The position numbers and the translations under genes were made by a program. Below the pieces are notes generated by a model. That model was given only the letters and a program-made list of their open reading frames with translations. It was not told where the DNA came from and made no database searches. Of a stretch of DNA of 64,000 nucleotides, positions 46,003-55,312 are shown piece by piece (the first letter of the stretch is position 1; the number at the start of each line of letters is the position of its first letter). This stretch comes from Patescibacteria group bacterium (lineage in GTDB: Bacteria; Patescibacteriota; Minisyncoccia; Phycocordibacterales; Phycocordibacteraceae). Location: contig JAZKIU010000001.1 in assembly GCA_040384705.1 (NCBI GenBank), positions 25,907-89,906 on the forward strand. Direction: 5' to 3'.

Positions 46003-47834
46003 ACGCGCAAGGGCGGAGCCCCTCCCTCTGCCCCTTGCCGTTCCTTCTCACGCTTTATCGCAAGAAGCTGCGAAGGGTCCGATGTGATTATCTGGTCCTC
46101 GGTGTATGACGCAACAACCTTGATGGCGACGTGCTTGAGGCCCGCAAAGAAGAGGCCCTCCCCAACCCCGCTCTCAAGAAGAAGGTACTTCTCCTCATCG
46201 GTGAGGTTGAACGTCTCCTGGAGCACGTCTATCGTCGTTGGTGACTGCTTAAGGAGGAGTTGGAGGGATGAGTTCGTGAGAATAGGGCGGCCATACGGCG
46301 AGCGGAGGAAGTCCTCCACATCCTGGGTGATGGTAGCGAGCCCGAGATAGTACTTGCGTCCGCGCTTGGCGAGGCTGTAGAGGAAGGAGGCGGTGTCCTC
46401 CGACTTCATCATCCACCACGCTTCATCGATGACGAGTAGGCGCTTCTTGAGCTCGTGACGCACCGCGTTCCAGATGAAGTGCGTGATGATGTACATCGCG
46501 ACCGGCTTGAGCTCGTCCTCCATGTCCCGAACCGAGAAGACGATGAACTGCTTATTGATATCGACGTTCGTCGGTCGGTTTATGAATCCGGCCCAGGTGC
46601 CGTGCGTGTATTTGGAAAGCCGGGTAACGAGCGACTCGGATCCCTCCATGCCGGAAAGCACGTTCTCGAAGTCGGAAAGGAGCGGCGGCTCCTGGCCCGT
46701 GAAGTCGTTATCGCCCGTGATGTCCTTCAGCGCGTATGTCTCCGTGATGGCTCGATCGATGATAGCGTCCTCTTCCGGGGTAAGGCCGCCCAGCATGATG
46801 CGGAACAGGCCGACGAGATTGATGATGTTGGACCGGAGGATATCGGAAGGCTCCTCGTCCTCTTTGACCGGCGGCAGGTCGAACGGGTTGATGTGATGCT
46901 CGGAGGAGAGCGAGATGTTGAAGGTACGTCCGCCGGTCGCTTCCGCAAGGTATTCGTACTCGCGTTCCGGGTCAATGACAATGACTTCCGTCTCGAACAT
47001 GAGGGAGCGGAGTATCTCAAGCTTCACCGCGTACGACTTGCCCGAACCTGACTTCGCGAACACGACGGAGTTGTAGTTCTCGAGCGAGAAGCGATCGAAG
47101 AGTATCAAGGATGCATTGTGGCGGTTGATGCCGTACAGGATGCCGCGATCGCTCGTGAGGTCGAAGGAAACGAATGGGAATATCGAGGAAAGCGGCGAAG
47201 AATTGAGCTTGCTGTTCACCTGGAGCTCGTCGAGCGCGAGCGGAAGCGTCGAGCGGTATCCCTGCTCCTGCTGAAAGAGAGCGGGCTTCGTGTATACGAG
47301 CTTGGAGTCGAGGATGCCGCGCACCTCCCCTTCTATCTTGTCGAGCTCCTCCTTGCTGTCGCCGTAGAGCGTGAGATACAGGCCGACATCGAAGAGGCGC
47401 TCCTGCGCCTGCTGCAGCTGGTCGCGCAGGTTCTCGAGGTCCTGGTACGCCGTGTCGAGCATCGGGTCACGCACGAGCCCCTTCGATTCCCTCTCGTTTA
47501 TCTGGCTCTCCACTTCAGCGACCTTCCTCTGGAAGCCACGAAGAGCACCTGCGGTCTCGAGCGGGTGTATGAATATGGCAGCATCGAGCACACGGTCGAG
47601 GTTCACGATTGGCATGAACCAGCCGTCCGAGAGGAAGCGGGGGTATGAAATGGTGTAGAACGAGCGCGAGAACTTCTCCCCGAGTTCGATTTCCCGTGCG
47701 CTCACCTTGAGTGCAGCTGGGGCGATAGCATCAGCAAGATCGAGCTTACCTTCCCGATAGATATCGGCAGGAAGAACGGGCGTCACGCTAGGCGTTTCTT
47801 CTTTCTTGCGGTTGAGGAAATCGAGTAGCGCCAT
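45999..47834 (-). CDS. virB4: VirB4/TrbE/ConE-family type IV secretion ATPase (central and ATPase domains)
   Basis: Walker A FAKSGSGKS, Walker B LLVIDEAWW, and the YPRFLSDGW central-domain motif. Confidence 0.85.
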   Translation of the reverse strand: MALLDFLNRKKEETPSVTPVLPADIYREGKLDLADAIAPAALKVSAREIELGEKFSRSFYTISYPRFLSDGWFMPIVNLDRVLDAAIFIHPLETAGALRGFQRKVAEVESQINERESKGLVRDPMLDTAYQDLENLRDQLQQAQERLFDVGLYLTLYGDSKEELDKIEGEVRGILDSKLVYTKPALFQQEQGYRSTLPLALDELQVNSKLNSSPLSSIFPFVSFDLTSDRGILYGINRHNASLILFDRFSLENYNSVVFAKSGSGKSYAVKLEILRSLMFETEVIVIDPEREYEYLAEATGGRTFNISLSSEHHINPFDLPPVKEDEEPSDILRSNIINLVGLFRIMLGGLTPEEDAIIDRAITETYALKDITGDNDFTGQEPPLLSDFENVLSGMEGSESLVTRLSKYTHGTWAGFINRPTNVDINKQFIVFSVRDMEDELKPVAMYIITHFIWNAVRHELKKRLLVIDEAWWMMKSEDTASFLYSLAKRGRKYYLGLATITQDVEDFLRSPYGRPILTNSSLQLLLKQSPTTIDVLQETFNLTDEEKYLLLESGVGEGLFFAGLKHVAIKVVASYTEDQIITSDPSQLLAIKREKERQGAEGGAPPLRV

Positions 47835-47836
47835 GA

Positions 47837-48469
47837 TTATTGTTCTAGTCGGATAGGGTTCTCCGTGACGCCAGGATTGAACGAGCGGTACAGGAGTTCG
47901 ATGAGCTCCTCGGTACCGAGCGGTACCGCGCGTATGCCGGCGTTCTGGAGGCCGGACGCGACGAGTCCCATCCGCTGCTCGAGCTGGACGCGGTGCTCAT
48001 CGAAATTATTCGGGCCCGCCTGCTCGGTCGGAGCTGTCGGCTTCTTAAGGAACGGAATGCTGCTCGTTACGGCGCTCGCGATTGCGGGGGTGTATGGCAC
48101 GACGACATAGAAGAGCTTCGTCATGATGTCGCTCGAATCCATGAAGTTCCGTATGAACGCGAGATACTCGCGGAGCTGCAGGCGCATCAGCTCGCTCGTC
48201 TGCGTATCCATCTTGCTCTCGAGCAATGCGAGGTAGGGTCGGATATCCATCTTGCGGGAATGCACGAGTATCTCGACCGAGAAATCGAGCGTGTTCAGGA
48301 AGTTCTGGAACCCTCCGATTATGCCGCGCTGCTCGTCCTCGGATTTGAGGAAGAAGTTCATGGAGGAGCACATGAGGACGCCTCGGTACCCGTCCTCCTT
48401 GAGGATGATGATGCCGTTGCGTACTTCTTCGACCGGCACGAAGGATTGGGTTGCTTTTGGTGTCGCCAT
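47837..48469 (-). CDS. VirB4 N-terminal domain encoded as a separate ORF (split VirB4)
   Basis: VPVEEVRNGIIILKEDGYRGVLMCSSMNFFLKSEDEQRGII matches the N-terminal region of Gram-positive VirB4 homologues. TAA stop lies 2 nt before the ATG of the ATPase ORF, in a different frame. Confidence 0.6.
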   Translation of the reverse strand: MATPKATQSFVPVEEVRNGIIILKEDGYRGVLMCSSMNFFLKSEDEQRGIIGGFQNFLNTLDFSVEILVHSRKMDIRPYLALLESKMDTQTSELMRLQLREYLAFIRNFMDSSDIMTKLFYVVVPYTPAIASAVTSSIPFLKKPTAPTEQAGPNNFDEHRVQLEQRMGLVASGLQNAGIRAVPLGTEELIELLYRSFNPGVTENPIRLEQ

Positions 48470-48471
48470 GA

Positions 48472-48885
48472 TTAGGGGTTCGTGGGCGGCTGATTGTCCT
48501 TGATATCCAGCGACCAGGCGAGTTCCTGGAGCCGTCCGCGCGAAAGGCCGAGCTTCTGGGGAGCCTGCACCTCGACCGGGGCGACGTATGCCGAGCTGGA
48601 AGTTTTCGCCTCCTTCTTCCAGAGGTAGAGGCGCCCGCCTACGTAGTACTTGAAGCCGGCCTCGAGCATCTCCACGAAGGTCTTGTTGTTCACTTTGTAG
48701 AACGCGAGCGCAGCTGCGAGCGCGACGACGGGTATGGAGAGGATGATACCGAACAGGAGCGGTAGATACAGGAGGAATATTGCGGCAAGTCCCCCGCCGC
48801 CGGCGAGATAGATGAATTGCTTCAGCGTCAGCGGGCCGATTATCTTGTCCTCTACTTCGATGAACTGCGGCACTTGGTATTCCAT
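48472..48885 (-). CDS. PrgI-family / VirB3-like small membrane protein
   Basis: MEYQVPQFIEVEDKIIGPLTLKQFIYL followed by two TM helices, positioned immediately upstream of VirB4. Confidence 0.55.
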   Translation of the reverse strand: MEYQVPQFIEVEDKIIGPLTLKQFIYLAGGGGLAAIFLLYLPLLFGIILSIPVVALAAALAFYKVNNKTFVEMLEAGFKYYVGGRLYLWKKEAKTSSSAYVAPVEVQAPQKLGLSRGRLQELAWSLDIKDNQPPTNP

Positions 48886-48946
48886 CGCTATCAGTATAAC
48901 TGATACGGCGCGAGGAAGCAGCGGGTTAAGAAAATAGTTCGCGCTA

Positions 48947-49861
48947 TTACTGCATCGGCTCGCGATATGGGTCTACGCCGTACTGCTTCAGATGGGTGCG
49001 CATAGCAGCTTCAGGGCTTTCGCGCTCAGGAGCTGGTTGGGTAGTTGGAGGAACGGATGCAGCGACTTGCGGGCGCGGTGCTTCGGCTGCTACCCATGCG
49101 GGAGGTGCGGGATGCGCAACGCGTATAGGATCGACACCGTCCTTGAGTGCTTTCATATCGCGCGCCATTGTGTGGATGACCCGGGCATTCGTGTCGAGCG
49201 GCTGGGCTTCTGGCATGGGAATCGAGACAGCAGGAGTTGGCGCCGGGTTTGGAGGAGGAGGAACGGGACGCTCGGGCATCTGGCCCGGCAATATCTGCGG
49301 AGGTGGGACTTGCTTGGGTGCCACTGGTTTCTCTATCGCTTTCTCGATGTACGAAGGCGGAGCGGAGACCGCAGGCAATGGGCTATATACAGGAATCATA
49401 GGAGAAGGGTGGGGTGCGGCAGGTGCAGGTGCCACATATATAGGTATCTCTTTAGCAACCGGAGCAGCAATAGTCGCAGGCACCAGGTCTTTAGATCCGG
49501 TGTCGCTTCCCCGCCGCTCTTCTTCGCGTAAACGCATGAAAACATCCTTATTCACATCTTCCACGAGCCCATTCACTTTCTCGGGAGAGATGCCTGCTTC
49601 ACGCAGCGAAACCACAAATTCCGGTGGCGAAGAAATACCTAGAAGCATGAATATAAATGCCCGCTCAAATTCCCCCGCTTGATCGGCATGAAGACCATAC
49701 TTCTTTGATAGTTCCAACACGACGCGAGCGCGCTCGCTACCAGTTATGAATTCTTGCACAGGCTTAGGTAGCTCGGCCACCAGTGTGGCAATAGCGTCTT
49801 CGACGGACATTTTCTCGGAATTAGGCGTTACGTTGGTCGGTTCCATATCTGAAATCATCAA
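48947..49861 (-). CDS. Proline-rich protein of the T4SS-like operon
   Basis: An alpha-helical N-terminal domain, then about 150 aa that are Pro/Ala/Val-rich (PPPNPAPTPAVSIPMP...). Confidence 0.45.
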   Translation of the reverse strand: MMISDMEPTNVTPNSEKMSVEDAIATLVAELPKPVQEFITGSERARVVLELSKKYGLHADQAGEFERAFIFMLLGISSPPEFVVSLREAGISPEKVNGLVEDVNKDVFMRLREEERRGSDTGSKDLVPATIAAPVAKEIPIYVAPAPAAPHPSPMIPVYSPLPAVSAPPSYIEKAIEKPVAPKQVPPPQILPGQMPERPVPPPPNPAPTPAVSIPMPEAQPLDTNARVIHTMARDMKALKDGVDPIRVAHPAPPAWVAAEAPRPQVAASVPPTTQPAPERESPEAAMRTHLKQYGVDPYREPMQ

Positions 49862-52149
49862 TGCGCTCCACCTCCACCTCCACCTCCACCTCCACTAGCC
49901 GGTGCCCCACCCCCACCTATTTTGCTGCCGAGTCCGGCTATAGCATCTATCACCCTCTGATTTTCTGATTTATCAATACTCTTCAGTATCTCTGCAGCAG
50001 CCTCATGGTTTGCGTGGGCGTCGGCCGTCGGCCAAGGCAGGCCTCTATGCTCGATATTCTTAGCAAACTCGCGCTTCGGCACATTTGAATCCACGTCTTT
50101 CATCGCTCGATCGATATCTTCGATTTCACGATCGATTCGGCGCGCAGTTGCCTTCTGGTCCTTCTCAAACAACGCCTTACGAGCCTTCAAGCTCTTTGCC
50201 AACGCTTCATTTGTGGGCCCACCAGCACTTTCAGCTGCTGCAATTTCAACCTGGAGCGTGTCAGTTTGTTCCTCCGTCTGGCGCTGCAGGATTTTCTTCT
50301 CGGCTTCCTTGCTGTTCTTCTGATTCTTCAGCTTATTCTCTGCGGATTTTTCCTCATCTGTTTGCTTAAGCTTGCCGGCATAGTCAGTGCGCTCCTTTTT
50401 CGCTTTCTCCTCTATCCCATGCCAGCCATGAGATGCGTCTTTACCAACCTTCCCAAAATCAAGATGTGCACCCTTCCCAGCAGCGGTAGCAACGCCTCGC
50501 ATGCTGTAGCTCGCTGCCGCACCTTTGCTAAAGGTGTTGTAGACGCCTCGTCCAAATTGACTGTTCCTCGCCCACTTGGTCTTTCCGATACGCTCAGCAA
50601 CTACGCCCGACGCCGCACCAACCGTGCGTCGTCCCAGGAAGCCATACGTCCCAAGCACCGCTCCGCCCGCCTTCTGCGTCGCGAAGTCAGCGCCCACTGC
50701 TCCCATACGCTTGGCGACCACTAGTGAGGCAACCATGAACGCGATGACTATCGCGAACATGACGAAGACCTGGGGAGCATTCATTCCGCCATTGATGAGC
50801 GCGAGCGCGAACGAATCCCCGTTATCTGTACCGACGAGCCCCTCGACTATCTTCAGGCTGATGAGGACGAGAAGGAGGTAGACGGGAGCGAAGAACGCAT
50901 TCGATAGAAGCTGCTTCCACCAGCTGCGTGCGAATTCTTGAAGCGGCGGGATGGCCATTCCCGCGAATCCAATAGGCGAAAGGACCATGAGAAGGCAGAG
51001 CATCACCGCACGCATGATGAGCATTATCGCTGCGGCAAGCAGGACGACGGCAGTGATGGTGACGAAGATCGTGAGACCTACGTATACCGGAGCGTGCTTC
51101 TCCGGACGATTGCTGAAGTCCCCGATACCCTGCGGGCTCCATATGCTGGATATGCCGGCCATATGGATGACTTGCCCCGCGATGCCGTTATTCGCGCACG
51201 CCTCTTTTCCTTGCTCGTCATTGCCCGAGCAGCCGGAGAGGCCAGCCTGTGTCGTGAACACGGAAGCGAAACTGTTGGATACGTCGATGATGATCTGCGT
51301 GGCGAAGAGGCTGAAGTTGAGAAGCACTGCGAAGATAATGAGTCGTGCGATGGTCTTACCCCCTGCGAATTCATTATGGCTATCGATTATCTTCATCAGC
51401 CCCATGAATATGAATCCGAAGAGCAGAAGAATGTTCGCAATATCACGGAGTATTCCCCAGGCGATGAGCATCCCCGGAGAGGTTCCAAAGTAACTACCGA
51501 ACTCGAAGACTGTCTTTATCACTACCCAATTAAAGAGACCGCCCACCACCCAGAGCATGAAGCTGGCGATGATGAGGAGCACACTCGCGATGGAGCCGAT
51601 AATCGTTCCCATAAGGCCCGCGAGGCCCTCTGCGACGCATGAGCCGATATCCCCAAAACTTTTGAGGCTACAATTGCTTGTGGAATCAGGGTTCGCGTCC
51701 ACATTCGCGTTATTTTGCTCCCCAGTCTGCTTAGCATCGACCGCACTTGCATCTCTAGAGTCATCGGTCCCAATGAGCTTCCCATCCGCGTCGTAGTTCT
51801 TCACTTCCTGCCCCGCCAGTGCTCCGGGGGTTATCGTCGTGTACGAGCCGTCCTTAAACGTAACCTTGCACGTGCCAGCTGAGCCAAGCGCCCCCCCACA
51901 AGCTGTGGTGCTTCCGTCAGCATTCGCACGCGTGCAGCCGGTATTCCCCGTGGTGGCGCCGCACGGGCTTTCATCAACCGATGCGTGGCTAATGGATGTA
52001 ACGGATGTCTGAGCGAGAGCTGCTGCTGGAATAAAAAGACACGCTGAAGCTGCCGCCAGAAGCGCTCCACAAATGATTAGGGCCTTAAGATGGTCAGTTC
52101 GTGCACCTTGATCCTTCGGAAGTGTGCGCATGATTAGTTCGACGGACAA
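49858..52149 (-). CDS. VirB6/TrbL-like polytopic membrane protein with a long coiled-coil, Gly-rich C-terminus
   Basis: Signal peptide, a Cys-containing roughly 150-aa ectodomain, at least 6 TM helices, a KEAEKK coiled coil, and a terminal GGGGAPASGGGGGGGGGAH tail. Confidence 0.65.
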   Translation of the reverse strand: MSVELIMRTLPKDQGARTDHLKALIICGALLAAASACLFIPAAALAQTSVTSISHASVDESPCGATTGNTGCTRANADGSTTACGGALGSAGTCKVTFKDGSYTTITPGALAGQEVKNYDADGKLIGTDDSRDASAVDAKQTGEQNNANVDANPDSTSNCSLKSFGDIGSCVAEGLAGLMGTIIGSIASVLLIIASFMLWVVGGLFNWVVIKTVFEFGSYFGTSPGMLIAWGILRDIANILLLFGFIFMGLMKIIDSHNEFAGGKTIARLIIFAVLLNFSLFATQIIIDVSNSFASVFTTQAGLSGCSGNDEQGKEACANNGIAGQVIHMAGISSIWSPQGIGDFSNRPEKHAPVYVGLTIFVTITAVVLLAAAIMLIMRAVMLCLLMVLSPIGFAGMAIPPLQEFARSWWKQLLSNAFFAPVYLLLVLISLKIVEGLVGTDNGDSFALALINGGMNAPQVFVMFAIVIAFMVASLVVAKRMGAVGADFATQKAGGAVLGTYGFLGRRTVGAASGVVAERIGKTKWARNSQFGRGVYNTFSKGAAASYSMRGVATAAGKGAHLDFGKVGKDASHGWHGIEEKAKKERTDYAGKLKQTDEEKSAENKLKNQKNSKEAEKKILQRQTEEQTDTLQVEIAAAESAGGPTNEALAKSLKARKALFEKDQKATARRIDREIEDIDRAMKDVDSNVPKREFAKNIEHRGLPWPTADAHANHEAAAEILKSIDKSENQRVIDAIAGLGSKIGGGGAPASGGGGGGGGGAH

Positions 52150-53474
52150 GCGCGTGCTTGGCGTATCTGTACGAGCTGACTATAGAGTGAGCCAGATACA
52201 GTGCTTGCGGCCGCTTGCGCAGCTGCTGTTTCCGTGGCTGTAGGGACAACACTCGCTATCACGTCGGTGGTGACGCCTGGCTGACGTAGTACTGACGTGG
52301 CGGTGCTTACGCGTGACTGCGCGATCACTGAATCCTGAACGGCCTTAAGGGCGACGCTTGACTCGGGACATTTCTGGACAGCTGCCTGTGCCGCTGTACC
52401 AATCGTTTGCCAGCTCGTCTCATACGTCGCGAGGCGTGACTGCGCTGCAGCGTCTACCGTACCTCCCGTTTGTTGATTGGGAGCGGTCGCTTGATTCAGG
52501 ATAGAACTACCACCACCGCTCGATGGTGCGGAAACGCCGAGGAGTCCCGTCTTCCCGATGACCTGCGTCACCAGCTGCTGCATGAGCGCGCCGATTATCT
52601 CATCTATCTCGTCGGCGGCGACGAGCCCTTCCATACTCTTCGGAAGTGCTGCATTGAGCTGCGACGATATAACGCTTCCCGGGGTCTTTATCTCCCGATA
52701 CAGACAGTTATCGACTTCCGCGAGCGATGTCGCGCTCCCACCCTCGGCAAGATCGGTCGCGTCTACCCCATCAGCCTTTTGGGCCGCGGTCAGGCTATCG
52801 GAATCGATGAGGCAATCCCCGCGGTACGACATGAACCCATCACCCCAATCAAGTTCGGTTATCCGTTCTCCCTGGGCGCTCGAGAGCCGTCGGTCGAGTT
52901 CGCCGAGCGCGAGCTGGTACGCGCCATACGGATTGTTCTGCTGGTTCATCGTGGTCGAGAACCATGCGGAGAGCCCGCCCTGCGAGAAGTCGCCACGAAG
53001 GAATGCGTCCGGATCCGAGCTGTACTGGTCGAGGGTGAACGGATTCCGGACGTAGAAGGAGCCTCCAGTAGAAAGGTAGTAGCCGGTGCGGACCGCTGTC
53101 ACTATCTCGTCCTGATAGGGCGAATCCACTATCCCGTCCGCGAGCTCGTCGAAAAACCTCCCCGCGACCGCGTCACCTACCCGCAGCAGGTTCTGCCGTA
53201 GATTAGTCGCGAATGCCGGAGAGCCCTGGAAGCCGGAATTTATCCACGTTACCAGGCTTCTCGTCATGGCGGATACCGCAGACTTCGCTATCATCCAGGC
53301 GATACCATCTGCGATAGTGTCCTTTCCGAAATGGGCCGCCTGGAAGGCAGTATTCAAAACATCGCCGACTGGGAGGAAGGCGTGCGCCGGGCGCGGTGCG
53401 ACCGCGACCCCCATCGGCAGGACGATACTGAAAGCTACGAGTAGCGAAATGAGGGTGCGGGTGAATCGTGCCAT
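52134..53474 (-). CDS. Secreted hypothetical protein of the T4SS-like operon
   Basis: Signal peptide MARFTRTLISLLVAFSIVLPMGVAVA and a 420-aa Gln/Ser/Ala-rich domain. Confidence 0.45.
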   Translation of the reverse strand: MARFTRTLISLLVAFSIVLPMGVAVAPRPAHAFLPVGDVLNTAFQAAHFGKDTIADGIAWMIAKSAVSAMTRSLVTWINSGFQGSPAFATNLRQNLLRVGDAVAGRFFDELADGIVDSPYQDEIVTAVRTGYYLSTGGSFYVRNPFTLDQYSSDPDAFLRGDFSQGGLSAWFSTTMNQQNNPYGAYQLALGELDRRLSSAQGERITELDWGDGFMSYRGDCLIDSDSLTAAQKADGVDATDLAEGGSATSLAEVDNCLYREIKTPGSVISSQLNAALPKSMEGLVAADEIDEIIGALMQQLVTQVIGKTGLLGVSAPSSGGGSSILNQATAPNQQTGGTVDAAAQSRLATYETSWQTIGTAAQAAVQKCPESSVALKAVQDSVIAQSRVSTATSVLRQPGVTTDVIASVVPTATETAAAQAAASTVSGSLYSQLVQIRQARACPSN

Positions 53475-53480
53475 ATACGT

Positions 53481-54467
53481 TTACGGTTGTTGGGAAGCGC
53501 GGAGCGCGGTCGCGTCAGCTGCACCTTTCACGTACTCCTCCCCTGCTGCGCCGGGTGTGAGCGAGAGGCCAGCTGCTCGGAACACTGCATCCTGCGCAGA
53601 TAGTGCGTCAACGAGTGCGTTCGAATAGGTCCGGTGCACGCCGAAGCCGAGCAGCGCGAGTATCGGATCGGTGCTTATCGTAGAGAGGTCTTCGGTAGCG
53701 CGACCCAGTCCCATGAATGCATTCGCAAGCGCGAGATGAGACTGGGCGGCTTCGGCAGGCACGCTTATCTGGATAAGCGCCTCCCCTATCGCTGCATACC
53801 CGACGGCTATTTCCTTCATGCGACGCGGGGCGGCCGCATCGTTGTCTTCTATATAGCGCTCAACATGGTCGAGCTCTGACGCGCCTGTGTTCGCTGCATT
53901 CTGCTCAATCGCATTCTCGACAGCGGCGACGTAAGTCGCGAGGCTGGTCCCGGCCACTATTTTGATATCTTTGGTATCAAAAGCGTTCTTCGCCGTCGCT
54001 TCCGCGGTCAATTCTTTTATCGCGCTCTCGACGAACGCAAGCATCTCTTCCTCCCTAGGAGGGGTCGCTCCACGCGTCGAGAGATACTGCGCGAGGAATT
54101 TCTGCGCGAATCGCTCGGTGAGCGATGAGGGTGCAGCCGAGGTGCCCGGGAATTCCCCGTCATCCTTGGGCGCTTCAAGGGATTTCGGTGTCAGGAGACC
54201 TTGATTGACTGCTTCACCGTCCTGAATGTCAGCTCTGAAGGAAGTCGGATTCAACGGATCGGTGCCGTAGAGGGACTCCTGCCAATCCTGTAGCCCGTCA
54301 GCGTCCGTATCCTTCGCCGCATACGCACGAAGCAATTCCTCGCTCGATTCAGCCGTCACGGTGTTGATGAACGGGATAGGGCCCGAGAGTACGTACGCAC
54401 CAGCCATCAGCGTTACCGCTATGACCGAAGCGATGATGATTGGGACGGTACGGGTAGAATGAGCCAC
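53481..54467 (-). CDS. Membrane-anchored protein, first gene of the T4SS-like operon (GTG start)
   Basis: N-terminal TM helix and a roughly 290-aa extracytoplasmic domain (its size suggests a VirB8-like role, though no motif was identified). Extended -10 TGATAGTAT lies 13 nt upstream. Confidence 0.45.
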   Translation of the reverse strand: MAHSTRTVPIIIASVIAVTLMAGAYVLSGPIPFINTVTAESSEELLRAYAAKDTDADGLQDWQESLYGTDPLNPTSFRADIQDGEAVNQGLLTPKSLEAPKDDGEFPGTSAAPSSLTERFAQKFLAQYLSTRGATPPREEEMLAFVESAIKELTAEATAKNAFDTKDIKIVAGTSLATYVAAVENAIEQNAANTGASELDHVERYIEDNDAAAPRRMKEIAVGYAAIGEALIQISVPAEAAQSHLALANAFMGLGRATEDLSTISTDPILALLGFGVHRTYSNALVDALSAQDAVFRAAGLSLTPGAAGEEYVKGAADATALRASQQP

Positions 54468-54479
54468 GGTAATAGGCTC

Positions 54480-54488
54480 ATACTATCA
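54480..54488 (-). promoter_or_regulatory. Extended -10 (TGaTAGTAT) for the T4SS-like operon
   Basis: Minus-strand reading GCGTGATAGTATgagcctattaccGTG. Confidence 0.35.
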
Positions 54489-54530
54489 CGCAGGTATGCG
54501 GTCGTTCAGGCCGCTTTCACGAAATGTGCA

Positions 54531-55310
54531 TTAGTGCGCAAGCACTTTTGCAATCAAGAGCCAGGCGGAGAGAGGAAGGTCCTCCGCACGCACGGTCGGA
54601 GCTATGGAAAGTGAGGAAAGCACGGATACCACTTCATCTTTAGGGGCTACGGCCTCCAGATTCCCGGCTAGCTGCTTACGCTTGTGGGCGAAGCCGGCGT
54701 GCAGTATCTCAAAGAATCTCGACTCCTCGCCTTCATTCGCGAACGAGCCGCCAGAAATCCCGGTTATCGAAAGGACGGCAGAATCTATGGTCGGAGCAGG
54801 CTTGAAAGCTCCCTTAGGCACCGTGAACCTATATATAGGAGTGCCATATGCCTTTACCGACAAGGAAAGCAGGCTTTCCTTAGGGTCCCGCACGATGCGT
54901 TCTGCCACCTCCTTCTGCACGAGGAGTGTCATAGAGCTCGGTTTAGGGCTTCCGGAGAGGAAGGTCCTGATTATCTCGCCGGTTATGTAGTACGGAATAT
55001 TCGCTACCAGATGATACGGCTGCGGAAGGATCGACGGGTCGAACGAGCGGATATCGGCATGGATGAGCTCAAGCTTCCCCTCCCCAAGCTCCGTCTCAAA
55101 CGTTCCTCGAAGCTCTTCGATGAGGGTGTGGTCCGCTTCGACCGCGATCACCTTCCCCACCTTCGCGAGCAGGGCTCTCGTGAGCATACCGGTCCCCGGC
55201 CCTATCTCGAGTACTGTCGCGTCAGAAGGAAGATCTGCCGCATGTACGATGCGGTCCGCCGTCTGCTGATGCATCAGGAAATTCTGGCCGAGGGATTTCT
55301 TTGCGAACAT
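54531..55310 (-). CDS. rsmA: 16S rRNA (adenine1518/1519-N6)-dimethyltransferase
   Basis: SLGQNFL and the SAM-binding motif LEIGPGTGMLT. Confidence 0.9.
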   Translation of the reverse strand: MFAKKSLGQNFLMHQQTADRIVHAADLPSDATVLEIGPGTGMLTRALLAKVGKVIAVEADHTLIEELRGTFETELGEGKLELIHADIRSFDPSILPQPYHLVANIPYYITGEIIRTFLSGSPKPSSMTLLVQKEVAERIVRDPKESLLSLSVKAYGTPIYRFTVPKGAFKPAPTIDSAVLSITGISGGSFANEGEESRFFEILHAGFAHKRKQLAGNLEAVAPKDEVVSVLSSLSIAPTVRAEDLPLSAWLLIAKVLAH

Positions 55311-55312
55311 AG

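Noticed and set aside
48947-49861. VirB10 assignment for the proline-rich protein
   Set aside because: It has a Pro-rich region like VirB10/TrbI but no N-terminal TM helix and no recognisable C-terminal beta-barrel signature. It is left as an unclassified Pro-rich operon member.
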